This document shows, piece after piece, positions 31,611-42,725 of a stretch of 64,000 bases of DNA. Under the pieces are notes generated by a model. It had not been told where the DNA came from and did no database searches. It was given only the letters and a program-made list of their open reading frames with translations. Within the stretch, counting starts at the first letter, position 1. Each line of letters opens with the position of its first letter. Source of the stretch: a virus. The position numbers and the translations under genes were made by a program. Location: IMG/VR virus record IMGVR_UViG_3300028840_003168; one strand, 5' to 3'.

Positions 31611-34600
31611 ATGCCTAAGTATGTAGTTAAAAATGCTGATGGAGGTCCAGTCGTCCATAATACCCAGGAGAAAGCCATGCCAGGATTCAAACCTTTCGAT
31701 GAGCAGGATTATCTTGCGGCCATGAAGGAGTGTCATGCGAACAGTGCGCTCAAGAAACACTTTCGAGGATTCAAGGTAAGCGAGGCGCAACGGGACAATT
31801 CCAAACCTCCCAGGTTGCCGGACTTTGATACCCAGGGCTGGTGGAGGCTGGCCAATGCTCATCTGACGGATGACCAGATCAAGGTGTGTTTCAACGAATC
31901 TGAAGGTTACACGAACTGGATATGGGACAGAAGTACCTTCTGCACCTGCGAGAAACCTCACCTTCAGAAGGGTTCATGGGACAAGAACGCAGACCGCGGA
32001 ACCTGTTTCTATTGCCGCAAGGTGCTCACCGCCGAAAGGATGGCCGAGACAAAAGGTGCCGTGGAGGTAAGGCCCTGGACTGATCAGGACTTCCAGGCTG
32101 CGGTTACCTGCTTGGTTCCATCACAGCGGGAGAAGCTCCACCACTTCCACATCTCCAGGCATCACGAAGAACGATGGGTTCACACACCCCAGCATTATTA
32201 TGTGGGGGCGTATCATATCCATACCGCGTGTGTGCCAGACATACACCCCGACAACATCATAATGCACGATGCGGGTCACAATTCGTTGGGCCAGTACGTT
32301 CGGGATTCTTTGGCGGTGCAGGAGATGACCGACAGGGATCGTGCTGCGCTCAAGATAAACGGCGCCGTTCGGGACCGCGCCCAGGAAGCTGTGGACCACA
32401 TTAACAGCAGAAGCTCCGCTTCTCAGGTCAACATGCAGAAAAGGGCCAAGATGAATCCTCCGAAAGACATGGAAGGTATTGAAGAGATCGTGGCTGCATA
32501 TGGTTACAAAAGGCAGGCGTCAGTCAGGATGCCGAAGCCTGCCAAGCAGATCACCCATACCGCCGAGTTCGAGTTCCCCAATGGAGACCGATTCACGATA
32601 CCTGACCCTATCGAACCTGAGTGGAAGGGTTCGGATGTGATTGTGGACCCGTGGAGTAAACCTTTGGTTCACAACACAGAGTATGGCGATAGGTCTAGTC
32701 ATTATGCCCTGTGCGATGGGGATGGTGGGTGTACGAAGATACAAGGACCAAATGGTACTTCTTTGGATTTTGCTCACAAGGAAGGTAAGTTGATTGCCGA
32801 TGAGTACGCACGCAGAGCTGTGAGGGAGAAAGCCAAGGTTCTCTGGTGGAGGGAATGGAAGAGACCTTTATCTAAATCTGTACCACGCAGGAAGTATACA
32901 CCTCCGAGATATTTCAAAAGAGCGACAGAGGTGCTGATGGCAGAGAAAAATGCAATACCCGTTGAGGGGTCTAAAGGGCGACCTGAATGGCCCGAGGGCA
33001 AACATCCTCGCCGCATCATTGAGGAAGGCCGAGAGGAAACTGACGAGAAGTAGCTATGACTGTCATTAACAATTGGTCTTTGGAGCTTTTTCATGACGAC
33101 CCGTTGACGGCACCGGAGTTTAATGCTGGCTGTATACATGGGATGGTTGCGACAGACGATGGAGAAAAGAGTGTCAAAACATCCATAGTGACTTTTATTT
33201 GCAGTTCCGATGGGAGGCACATTGAGACGGCGAACGGCGAGGCTTACGTGTTGGGAACAGTGAACCCGGAATATAAAGAGTTCGTGCGGTCGTACAGTCC
33301 AGATTGGGACGGGACCAATATGTATTGGCCCCTGTTGGATATATTGCTGTGGAAGGGCCGTTTTGATTGTCGCATCAAGCTGAAAGGGATATGATGGATA
33401 AGAACCTCAAGTGTAGAGAGTGCGGCCACTTCCTGGCCAAGTACAACATGAGCAATACTCACATCGGCTGTTGCACTGCCTGTAAGCCAGATAAGAGTGG
33501 CCAGGAGTACATCAGGCCGAAAGATGAGTTTGTTATGGTTCCTGCGGGAATCCCAATCGTAGGTATGTCCGTCACATCGGATAAGCCAAACAAAAATGAT
33601 GATTCCTTTGAGGTGTCTACCTACTCCGACAAGCCATTCGAGTACGGTTCCAAAGAGTGGTTTGAGAACATTGGTAAAGCATTTGCCAAACCTATTCGTG
33701 AGATGTCTCTACCTGCTTCGGCATTCAAACTCTCACCGCACCCATACAAAGCCGAAGCAGAAGCCAACCAGCGGCTAAACGACCAGGCCCTGGCAGACCA
33801 CAGGCGGCACTGGGGTTACGGGACGGACGAGCCGATTCTCCGTGATCCCGTGGACCCGATCAAGGACGACAAGATAGACCTCTTGGGCAAACCAATTACC
33901 ATGCAGGACCTGGAGGACCTCAGTAAAAGCCTGCGAGACCGAAAGCCCTACGCCCATGTAGAGGAGACTCAGAGGTTCAACGAGCAGGTGTTGGCCGAGC
34001 ACAGGGAACGGCTGAAGGACATCGAGGACGGCACCTTCCCAGGCCCGTCGATGGGTGTGGATGTCAAGATGGACACCTGCTGTATCTGTGGACAGTACGC
34101 CTGTGATCATCTGCGGTCCCACGAGAAGCCGGTACCCCCACCCACACTGGCCAATGTTCAGGAAGTAGCCAATGAGGTTCGCAGGTTCATGAATAGTTCC
34201 TCATTGAGAGTTACTGTGAACGGGAAAGACATTGGCAAGATTACAGGATGGACGATAACCAAGTCCATGGAACGCGATGCGGACACGATAAATCTCATTA
34301 CGGAAGAACCGCGTGAGTTCGCTCCTGAAAAGATGAGTTTATCTAAAGCCATTTCGGAAATGATTCAGGCTGACTTTGATGTGGAAGATCGGACGCTTCC
34401 CTTTCACCTTGTTGGCCCCTCGTCAAAAGGCATGCCCATCGAGAAGGGCACCATCCTTTTCGATGTCTTTGTTTATGGTGGGCGTACCGCAGAGCCAGTT
34501 GGGATCGCTGTTGGGCCACCAGCCCAGGACGGTCTTGTGCGGGTTATCATCGACGCGAAGCACCTGGGTTACGGAGTGGCAATGAGAGGTTCGTACAACC

Positions 34601-35330
34601 TGGACCCGGATAGTGTTGACCAGGTACTGAAGGGCTGTTGCACAATTGTGAGCCGCCGAGTGAAGAAGGAATCTGAGGAGGACTGATGGAAACCGGATTG
34701 ATCTACCTGAACGAGTTCACCAAGGCCATGTTCGAGGCCTTCCCCACCTTCCGCATGGAGGTATCTTTCGGTAAACCGTCCACCAGGGCCGACAAGCCTT
34801 GGGTCCACATGCTGAACCTCATGGTACGGCTCTGGGATGACTACACCGAGAGGGTCTACGGCTGGCAGCAGAAGGTCATCCTCTACGAGCTGGAGCAGAT
34901 GAAAGACCCCAAAGGTTATTGGTTGGACTTAGCCAGTAGGGCTCGGCTCGAACTGCTCAAGAGGATGGAGGAAACCGATACCTCCCATGTCCCAGAAGAA
35001 AAATCCCGATGTGTCAAAATAGGTGACGGAAAAGGTATCCTCAATAAAGGGTAATCAGTTCTTAAAACCCCCGACACAACCTGTGGTACCGTATCTTCCA
35101 TGCCAGATACCTACAAACTCATCCTCGTCGAGTGCCTGCTGGCCGAGAACTCCTCTTTCCAGCAGTGGCTGGCCCAAACCATGGGCAGCGAAGAAAAGGC
35201 CCTGGAAGCCCGTAGGAACCTTCCTGCGGTGATCCTGGAAGGTACCTTCAACCAGGTAAACGTGGCCCAGCATGTGGCCCTTCAGGGATGGGCCTGGGGG
35301 TTGAAACTCCTCATGCAGGCCTCAGACTGA
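31611..35330 (+). other. hypothetical CDSs (31611-33053, 33056-33394, 33391-34686, 34686-35054, 35100-35330)
   Basis: Long coupled ORFs with no motif I recognise. Confidence 0.65.
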
Positions 35331-35336
35331 ACCTTG

Positions 35337-35360
35337 TTCAAACTTTTTTGGTATATTCCC
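35337..35360 (+). promoter_or_regulatory. phage promoter motif copy
   Basis: TTCAAACTTTTTTGGTATATTCCC, then AGGAGG. Confidence 0.75.
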
Positions 35361-35375
35361 TTATAGGAGGAGTCT

Positions 35376-35861
35376 ATGTCTGTCTTGAAATCAGAAAGAG
35401 CCTTGTTACTTCACGGGAAGCTCCTGGCCGATATCGAATGTCAGTATAAGGCCTTGTTTGAGTCCATTCCAGTTGATTTGTGTTACGCGGAAAGGATGAA
35501 CGTGATGTTCGCCTTGGCCAATTTCAAGTTGGACCAGGAACGCGCAGCCTACAAGACCGCAGTGGGTGTGGATCTTGAGTACGCCAAGGCCGATGTCGCC
35601 ATGAAGGCCACCGCGTACATGCTCCACAACCAGGGGAAGAAGGATTGAGGAGAGTAACCAATGCCGATAACAATTGAAAAAGCGAAGTGTCTGAAGAAGT
35701 CCGACTCGGGCAAGGCCATTCTGGTGGATGCGCCGATATTCGATAATCCTGAGTGGATACCACTTTCCCAGGTGGACGATGACTCCGAGGTCTACAAAGA
35801 AAACACTGAAGGTGATCTGATCATCAGCGACTGGCTGGCCGAGAAGAATGGGTGGGACTGA
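35376..35861 (+). other. two hypothetical CDSs (35376-35648, 35661-35861)
   Basis: SD-preceded ORFs. Confidence 0.65.
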
Positions 35862-36352
35862 TGATAACTAAAACCAAATCGATTTTTTCGAGTCGTGTCG
35901 TGAGTGCGTTCCCAGGGGTGGGCAAGACCTATTGCGCCGAGCGGACCAAGTTGACCATCCTGGACTCGGACAGCATGAGCTTCAGCTGGTCCAGGCCGGG
36001 TGTCAGGAACCCGCATTTTCCGAGCAACTACATTGACCACATCAAGGCCTCCATGGTGGACGGTTCGGTTGATTTTATCTTCGTGTCCTCGCACGACACT
36101 GTTCGGGCTGCCTTAGTGGAAGCCGGGATAGACTTCACGCTGCTGTACCCGAACCGCAGCATGAAGGAGGAGTACCTCCGAAGGTACCGCAACCGGGGCA
36201 GCAAGGCCGACTTTGTTGAGCTGCTCGACAAGTCCTGGGATGAGTTCATGGACAGCCTGGAAGCGCAGGAGAACTGCACACATATCCAACTAAAACGCGG
36301 CGAACACTTGAGCGACTACATGCCGCTGAATTGGGGGAAAGACGATGGTTAA
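35861..36352 (+). CDS. small P-loop NTPase/kinase-like phage protein
   Basis: VVSAFPGVGKT Walker A, DSDS. Confidence 0.65.
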   Translation: MITKTKSIFSSRVVSAFPGVGKTYCAERTKLTILDSDSMSFSWSRPGVRNPHFPSNYIDHIKASMVDGSVDFIFVSSHDTVRAALVEAGIDFTLLYPNRSMKEEYLRRYRNRGSKADFVELLDKSWDEFMDSLEAQENCTHIQLKRGEHLSDYMPLNWGKDDG

Positions 36353-37672
36353 ACCAGCAAGGTTCTACACAATCAAGTCGGACGGTACGGTCGATGGCGT
36401 CACCATCCTGGACCCGGACGGAAAGAAGCTGGGTTTGGTGACCTCTTTAAACATCGAGGCCAGAGCTGATGAGGCTCTGGTGAAAGCCAGGATCGGGGTG
36501 ATGACCAAAGCGGATGTGAAGGTTCTGGAGGAGTACGTGGAGGTCGTGGAGATTGATATCCTTCAACAGAAACTCAAAGAAGCCGAGGATAAATTGGAGA
36601 AGGTGGAAGCCTGGATGTATTCCTGTATCGAAGCAGAAGGTCCTCGTACAGATTTGCCTCCAATTAACCCTTGGCCAGAGTTGAAAGATATCTTGGGTGT
36701 GAAACCTCAGTATATGTTCAGAGAGGGTCCTGGGATGGCCTGGGGAAACCTTGATGGGAAGATGGTACCTCTTACCCCTGAAACCAGGAGGGTTGCTCGA
36801 CATATGACTTTTGGGGAGATGCTCGGCTATCCTAAATGCAGCTACACCCAGAAGGACTATGAGGAAATCGAGGATCATTGTTGTGAGGGTAGTGACTATC
36901 ATTGGGAAAGAGATTACGAATTGTATTGTAAAACTTCCTCATGAAACCCGAAACCAAAATAATCTGGTTGAAGATTCTCCAAGCTCTGTTGCAGTTCCTG
37001 TTCAGGGACATTTTCAGGATAATCTTCATGGGCCTGATGGTCTGGGCTGTCTGGGCAATGAAGTCCACCTGGAACGCAGACATGCCGATTATGGCCGAAG
37101 ACATGTACGAACTGATGTTGGTATTGGGTCTTGCTACCTATGTTGGTATGTCATGGAAGATGGAGAGCGAGACCAAGGAACTCAAGAAGAGGATAGACCT
37201 CATGGAGACTAAGATGGATTCAATCCTGAATAGGATACTGATTAGTCCGATGAGGGTGGATGTGGACCGCATGTTTAAAGATGCCAGGAAATACCGACAA
37301 TAGATGGTCCATGACTTCCAGAAGAAGCAGGTAGCCGACCTCTTCGCCCAGTTCAACCCACAACCTGAGAAGCCGCCAGAGCCCGAGGAACCGGAGGACC
37401 CTTACGCGGGTGTGAAACCATGGGACATACCGGCCCTCAAGCTGGAGGAGGCTGTCAGTGAGCCTGAGCCTGTATCTGTGGTGATGCTCAAGGGCATGAA
37501 CCCGCATCTTTGTGAGGTGAGGTTCCAGGAGACCATGGCCATCGAGGGCAACTTGAAGATGTGGGCAAAGCGGCCCGAGGCGGAAAAAATTCTTGAAGAC
37601 GCAAATTACTTCTTTCACTCCTGGTATATTAAGGGTGATAGGAAGTTGGGCAAAATCTATATGAAAGGATAG
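36345..37672 (+). other. three hypothetical CDSs (36345-36944, 36941-37303 membrane protein, 37304-37672)
   Basis: Coupled ORFs. Confidence 0.6.
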
Positions 37673-37673
37673 G

Positions 37674-38222
37674 ATGAAGTTCCCAAATAAAAAGTATGAG
37701 GTGCTGTACGCAGATCCACCCTGGCAATTCACCAACAAGAGAACCGGTGGAAGTCTTAAGAGTGGGTCTGCCGATCAGTACCAGGTGCTCAATGAGACGG
37801 AGATTGGTAAGCTCCCGGTACCGGACATCTGCGCCGACAACTGCGTTCTATTCATGTGGTGGGTTGCGGCCAAGCCCGAGGAGGCCCTTGCAGTGATCAA
37901 GGCCTGGGGGTTTACCTTGAAGACGATGACCGGGTTCAACTGGGTGAAGCGCACTCAGGGTGGCAAGCTGGACTTCGGAATGGGGTTCTACACGCGCCAG
38001 GGCAGTGAGCTGTGCCTCATCGCCACCAAGGGCAAACCCAAACGGGTCTCGGCCAGCGTCCGGTCAGTAATCATATCGAAGAAGAGGCAGCACTCACAGA
38101 AGCCTCACGGTGTCCGGGAACGCATTGAGGAGCTGTATGGTGATGTCCCAAGAATAGAACTGTTCGCAAGGGATCGCACCCCAGGATGGGATTCTTGGGG
38201 CTTGGAGTTGGAAGATGACTGA
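37674..38222 (+). CDS. MT-A70 family adenine methyltransferase
   Basis: YADPPW, LFMW, WVK, HSQKP and IELFAR motifs. Confidence 0.92.
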   Translation: MKFPNKKYEVLYADPPWQFTNKRTGGSLKSGSADQYQVLNETEIGKLPVPDICADNCVLFMWWVAAKPEEALAVIKAWGFTLKTMTGFNWVKRTQGGKLDFGMGFYTRQGSELCLIATKGKPKRVSASVRSVIISKKRQHSQKPHGVRERIEELYGDVPRIELFARDRTPGWDSWGLELEDD

Positions 38223-38648
38223 ACTCGAAAGAGCCAATGCCCGAGCTGACGCCTGGAGAGAGGTGGCTAAATGTTTGAATCGCCAACTTCAATGGGAAAG
38301 AGAAGAGGCGCAAGCAGAATGGCTGTCCGATGAGGCGACGTGGAGAGAGTACTGCTATCTTGAGAGGGAGCGAAAAAACGCGAGGTTCTTCTATGTGAGG
38401 TACCTCTACCACACCATCAAGGACTGGATAACAGGAAGGAAAAGCACATGGTAGAAGTTAGAGAAGCGAAAGTGGTTACGTTCACTTTGCAAGAGGCCGC
38501 AGACGCTTTGGCAAAGAAAGCCAGGGAACTGGGTCAGGAGATCCCCAATGCGGTTGAGGGCGTGGAGCTCAAGGTGGACGGACAGAAGAACGTGGTGGTA
38601 TGTACCTTCGTCAGTCCTATATCGATAAAGACCTTGGGGAATGCGTGA
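38215..38648 (+). other. two small hypothetical CDSs (38215-38454, 38448-38648)
   Basis: Coupled ORFs. Confidence 0.6.
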
Positions 38649-38789
38649 GATGCCTGGTATAGTAATGCTTGATTGGAGCATGGAGGGGCGATAGGAATAG
38701 ATGGGAGTTGTAAATTGCACAGACTCAGAACTCTACACCTTTTTGCGCTAAGTGTTTACGTGGTGGTAAATACATGAAATAATGCCGCT

Positions 38790-39287
38790 ATGCCAAGATG
38801 TTCAAAGTGCAAAACAAAAAAGGATCTGTCTGAATTTTACAAAAATCGGACCCAATCAAAAGGGTATTCCTCCAGATGTAAGGAATGTAGTAAAGCTGAC
38901 CAACGAAACTTGTATAAGGACAATCCTGAGAGACGTAAAACTAGAGCGAAAGCCTGGAAGCTACGTTACGCCGAAGATCTAAAAGTAAAGAGAAGGGCTA
39001 ACAGGAAAGCAATCTATATGAGCGAGTCAGCCAGGAAATATAGTACTACTGTCGAGGCAATAAAAGAACTTTTAGAAATTACAAACTGTCAAATCTGTGA
39101 CGCTGAAATAATTTTTGGACATCAGAAATCGCATTACCGACCGAATATAGATCATTGTCACAAAACCCAAAAGATACGTGGGGTCCTTTGTGGTCATTGC
39201 AATAACTTACTGGGACGTGCAAAAGACTCTGTTTCTATTTTAGAGCAAGCAGCGGAATATCTAAGGAAGTTTAATGGTAGTTCTTAA
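38790..39287 (+). CDS. endonuclease VII-like HNH (putative homing) endonuclease
   Basis: N-terminal CSKC..CKEC; CQIC...IDHCH...IRGVLCGHCNNLLG. Confidence 0.88.
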   Translation: MPRCSKCKTKKDLSEFYKNRTQSKGYSSRCKECSKADQRNLYKDNPERRKTRAKAWKLRYAEDLKVKRRANRKAIYMSESARKYSTTVEAIKELLEITNCQICDAEIIFGHQKSHYRPNIDHCHKTQKIRGVLCGHCNNLLGRAKDSVSILEQAAEYLRKFNGSS

Positions 39288-39344
39288 TTGCACCTCCGCA
39301 GAGTTAGACACCTATATGAAGAACCTAAGAAAGGGTTACTTGCC

Positions 39345-39854
39345 ATGCCACGACTCAGAACCCTTCATCTCTTCGCAGGGGCTGGAGGAGGGCTTCTTGC
39401 CGATCTCACCCTCGGTCACCAGTGCATCTGCGCCGTCGAAATTGATACGTATTGCCAGCAGGTCCTCGCAGCAAGGCAAGCAGACGGTATCCTTCCCTGG
39501 TTTCCAATTTTCGATGATGTTGGAACCTTTGACGGAACCCCCTGGAACGGACTTGTTGACCTCATCGCAGGAGGGTTCCCCTGCCAGGACATCTCCTGCG
39601 CGGGTAAAGGTGAAGGCCTCCGAGGAAACCGATCAGGACTTTGGGGACAAATGGCAAGAATCATCAGTGAGGTTGAGCCTCCTCTTGTGCTCGTTGAAAA
39701 CAGCCCACTCCTGCGAAGACGAGGACTCGATCTCGTCTTATCAGATCTGTCCTTTCTGGGGTACGATGCGGAGTGGTGTCGTGTTTCAGCGGAAAACGTT
39801 GGAGCGCCCCATAAAAGGGACAGGATCTGGGTTGTGGCCCACACCAGCAGCTGA
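39345..39854 (+). CDS. DNA cytosine-5 methyltransferase, N-terminal catalytic part (motifs I-VIII)
   Basis: LFAGAGG, GGFPCQD, VENS, HKRDRIW; stops before motifs IX-X. Confidence 0.88.
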   Translation: MPRLRTLHLFAGAGGGLLADLTLGHQCICAVEIDTYCQQVLAARQADGILPWFPIFDDVGTFDGTPWNGLVDLIAGGFPCQDISCAGKGEGLRGNRSGLWGQMARIISEVEPPLVLVENSPLLRRRGLDLVLSDLSFLGYDAEWCRVSAENVGAPHKRDRIWVVAHTSS

Positions 39855-40638
39855 CGAGTCCCAACCGACCGAGGAGTTCATCCGCGAGATGCGCGAGAGC
39901 ACCAAAGCAACCCATGAGCGGCTGTACATGCCTGGACGGAAGTGGCATAGCCAAAGAACTCTTTCGCGGGTGGTGCATGTCTGGCCAACCGTTAGAGCAT
40001 CTGATGCAGACCGTGGTGGGCGCGGCGACCTCTTACAGGCTGTAAGAGGGAACGAGAACAGTCATTTTAAAATGCAGGACCGCTTGATGTTCCCGACTCC
40101 TGTAGATGCCAGCAAGGGGGGCGGCTCAAGTCGTAGCGGGAACCGCATAAACGAGATCCCTTCACTGCAAGGTATGGCAAGAGCGGGTCGGTGGCCCACA
40201 CCGACAAGGCGCGATTGGAAGAACGGCAAAGCCAGCCAGGCGACACATAACAAAAATAGTAGGCCTTTGAACGAGGCGGTTGTAAAATGGCCCACACCTC
40301 AGGCAAATGATTCCAGAACTCCCTGTTTCTCAGGGTCCAAACGTGCGAAGGGGATGCTCCCGACAATAGTTGGCGGGAGCCTTAATCCTGACTGGGTGGA
40401 GCTTCTTATGGGCTGGCCTTTAGGTTGGACCTCCCTGTCGGCAATGTATGAAGAGGACATCTACGCTTGGAGCACAACTGCGGGGTTCTGGGGTAGTGAC
40501 TGGGAGCAGGATGTACCGAGAACCACACTTGACCGTGACAGCAGGGTGGATCGCCTTAAGGCAATAGGTAACGGTCAGGTATCTCTGGCTGCGGTTGTGG
40601 CATGGGAGTTCCTGACACGGAACCTGATCTTCTTTTAA
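39766..40638 (+). CDS. DNA cytosine-5 methyltransferase, C-terminal part in overlapping frame (start uncertain; frame open from 39274)
   Basis: Five [WF]PT[PV] repeats, LNPDWVELLMGWP (motif IX-like), RLKAIGNGQV (motif X). Confidence 0.75.
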   Translation: MRSGVVFQRKTLERPIKGTGSGLWPTPAADESQPTEEFIREMRESTKATHERLYMPGRKWHSQRTLSRVVHVWPTVRASDADRGGRGDLLQAVRGNENSHFKMQDRLMFPTPVDASKGGGSSRSGNRINEIPSLQGMARAGRWPTPTRRDWKNGKASQATHNKNSRPLNEAVVKWPTPQANDSRTPCFSGSKRAKGMLPTIVGGSLNPDWVELLMGWPLGWTSLSAMYEEDIYAWSTTAGFWGSDWEQDVPRTTLDRDSRVDRLKAIGNGQVSLAAVVAWEFLTRNLIFF

Positions 40639-40686
40639 TCCTACTAAAATTCTTGTGATACTATAATCCTCAAGAGGAGGTCCCTC

Positions 40687-41217
40687 ATGAGCGATAAGTT
40701 TAAGATGATTGGTAGCATCACGACGCTGGCACTTACCCTGGTGCTGGCCCTGGTGGGTGCCGTGGGCAACTACCTGGACCGCGGCGAGGAGAAAGCCGAC
40801 AAGGTTCTTGAGGTCATGAAGGTCCAGATAGAGCATACCGAAAGAGTTCAGAAGGCCCTGTCGGAGGATGTGGGCAAGCTCCAGGATGCACTCCTGATGC
40901 TCGGCATGCAGAGCTTAACCGCCAAGAAGGATGCTCCTGTAATGTCCAGCCACCCTCCTGTGGGCCGTTTCCATTCCCGAGGGCTTGGAGTCGGGGGTGC
41001 AGGCTCAGGCAGCTCTGGTGCCGGGAGAGGCTCCTCAGGGAGGAGACCGGCACCTCCTCCTGCGGAACCCGAGGAACCCGCCGAGGAGGGTGCGGATGAG
41101 GAAGCTCCTGAGGAGGAGAAGAAGGAAGCCAAGAAAGTGGTCAAGAAGAAGCTCAAGCTGGATGACATGAAGTCAGCCCATGTTCAGCAACGTCCGATGC
41201 TCCCTGTGGGTCTGTAG
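40687..41217 (+). CDS. membrane-anchored coiled-coil protein with G/S- and P/E-rich tail
   Basis: TATAAT and GAGGAGG upstream; one N-terminal transmembrane segment. Confidence 0.7.
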   Translation: MSDKFKMIGSITTLALTLVLALVGAVGNYLDRGEEKADKVLEVMKVQIEHTERVQKALSEDVGKLQDALLMLGMQSLTAKKDAPVMSSHPPVGRFHSRGLGVGGAGSGSSGAGRGSSGRRPAPPPAEPEEPAEEGADEEAPEEEKKEAKKVVKKKLKLDDMKSAHVQQRPMLPVGL

Positions 41218-41312
41218 GGTAAGAAATCTTACCCAACCATAAGAAAGTTTATGTTTCCGGGTAGGGTAACCCAACATAAGAAATCTTATGTTAGGATAAG
41301 AAATCTTATGTT
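41217..41312. repeat. four palindromic TAAGAAATCTTA-type repeats
   Basis: Copies at 41217-41234, 41238-41253, 41273-41292 and 41296-41309. Confidence 0.85.
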
Positions 41313-41403
41313 TTACCGTAATCATTAAGGAAAATACCCTGTAAATATAAGGAGGCTGGCTTGGCACGGCATGTGCAACCTATCCCAGGCAGGAGGTGGC
41401 GAC

Positions 41404-42285
41404 ATGCCCAAAGTCAGAGTCAATATCCATGAAATCTTCTCCTCACTTTGCAGCTCCAGGGTCAGTGAGGTGATCGGCGGCGATGACCTCAAGAAGGTCC
41501 AGGAACACCTCGGGCGCCATGACCTGATCAGGTGGGGCCAGTACCCCGAACTCATGATGGTCCACGACACGGACCTGAAGGAGACCTACCTCTATTTTGT
41601 GGATGTCTCCTCGGGCGACATCGTGTCGGACCTGGTTAGGTTCGACTCCCGCGGCGAGGCCAAGGTGGCACCGGCCAAGGTCACCGAGGAATTTCTTAGG
41701 CCCCTGCTTAATGAACATGACTAAATTCATATATCTACAGTCTAATTTAAATTCCCTAATGTGTGTACTTTATACTGATCGTCAGGAGAACGTACTTCTT
41801 CATTGATTACAATGGAGTTGGAAAGTAGATTTTCTTGGTATATTAGAGACATGCACATGAGAAAACTTCACAGGCTGGACTTTCTTAAAGACGAGTTTCT
41901 GAGTGACCTACGACGGCTCAAGGGCCAGTCATTCTGGGACAAGCCCGATACCGACATCTCGATACTCATCGCCATCGGAAGTTTCGACTTCGATGTCCAG
42001 AGCTTCTCGGCGGTGCATCCCCAGGAATTTGAACAGTGGAAGAAGGACGTGGCCGTACGGCTGCGTGAGGACTTCATGGAGTTTGACCTTGACCTGGAGT
42101 TTACCTACACCGCGGCAGACCACATCATTGAGTACAAGTCGTGGGTGGATGACGAGCTCTCCACCGAGGACCTGATAAAGCTACAGGATGAGATACTCAA
42201 GGCCATCCCGGAGATAGCCGACGAGTGTTACGAGGACATACAAGAAAACGGGATCTTCGGACCCGATGGACTACTAGGAGAATGA
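41404..42285 (+). other. two hypothetical CDSs (41404-41724; ~41851-42285 acidic)
   Basis: The first has an AGGAGG SD. The second follows TGGTATATT and turns acidic after RRLKGQ. Confidence 0.6.
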
Positions 42286-42286
42286 G

Positions 42287-42721
42287 ATGACAAAGTTCAA
42301 CGCAAGTATTCAGGATGAGGGTCTGAAGCGAATCGCAGGGCAGATGGGCGGCTCCTCCCGGCAGGCGCAGGAAGAATCTGGCGATTACAGATCCTATTGG
42401 GATAATGTTGAAGAGACTGCTCAGTGGGTAAAAGACAACTACAAGGATTATGGCGGTAACGTACACGATGCTCTTAATGAGTCAGTGGAAAGTGATCGTT
42501 GGGTGTTCATTACCTGGAAAGCCCATAAGACCATGGAACACACCGCCAATGAGGATGCTCTCTGGGATCAGATGGGAAGCATGGAAGCGGACAGCTGGAG
42601 CCAAGTAGTAACCCAGGCGGCGTTCTTTGCTCTTTCTCAGGATATTACTGATAAGATGTTTGAAATGGGCTGGGATGGCGGTGAATCCTGGGGTGAAGAT
42701 GACGAAGACGAGGAGTACTAG
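42287..42721 (+). CDS. divergent leader-A acidic protein, Ocr-like DNA mimic candidate
   Basis: QDEGLKRIA...RQAQ leader; VHDALNESVES; acidic tail EDDEDEEY. Confidence 0.6.
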   Translation: MTKFNASIQDEGLKRIAGQMGGSSRQAQEESGDYRSYWDNVEETAQWVKDNYKDYGGNVHDALNESVESDRWVFITWKAHKTMEHTANEDALWDQMGSMEADSWSQVVTQAAFFALSQDITDKMFEMGWDGGESWGEDDEDEEY

Positions 42722-42725
42722 ACCA

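Noticed and set aside
38748-39377. Group I intron around the HNH gene
   Set aside because: Too little non-coding flank for a catalytic core, and the downstream gene has its own complete start.
41217-41312. CRISPR array
   Set aside because: The repeats are 14-20 bp palindromes with irregular 3-19 bp gaps, not unique spacers, and no cas genes are present.
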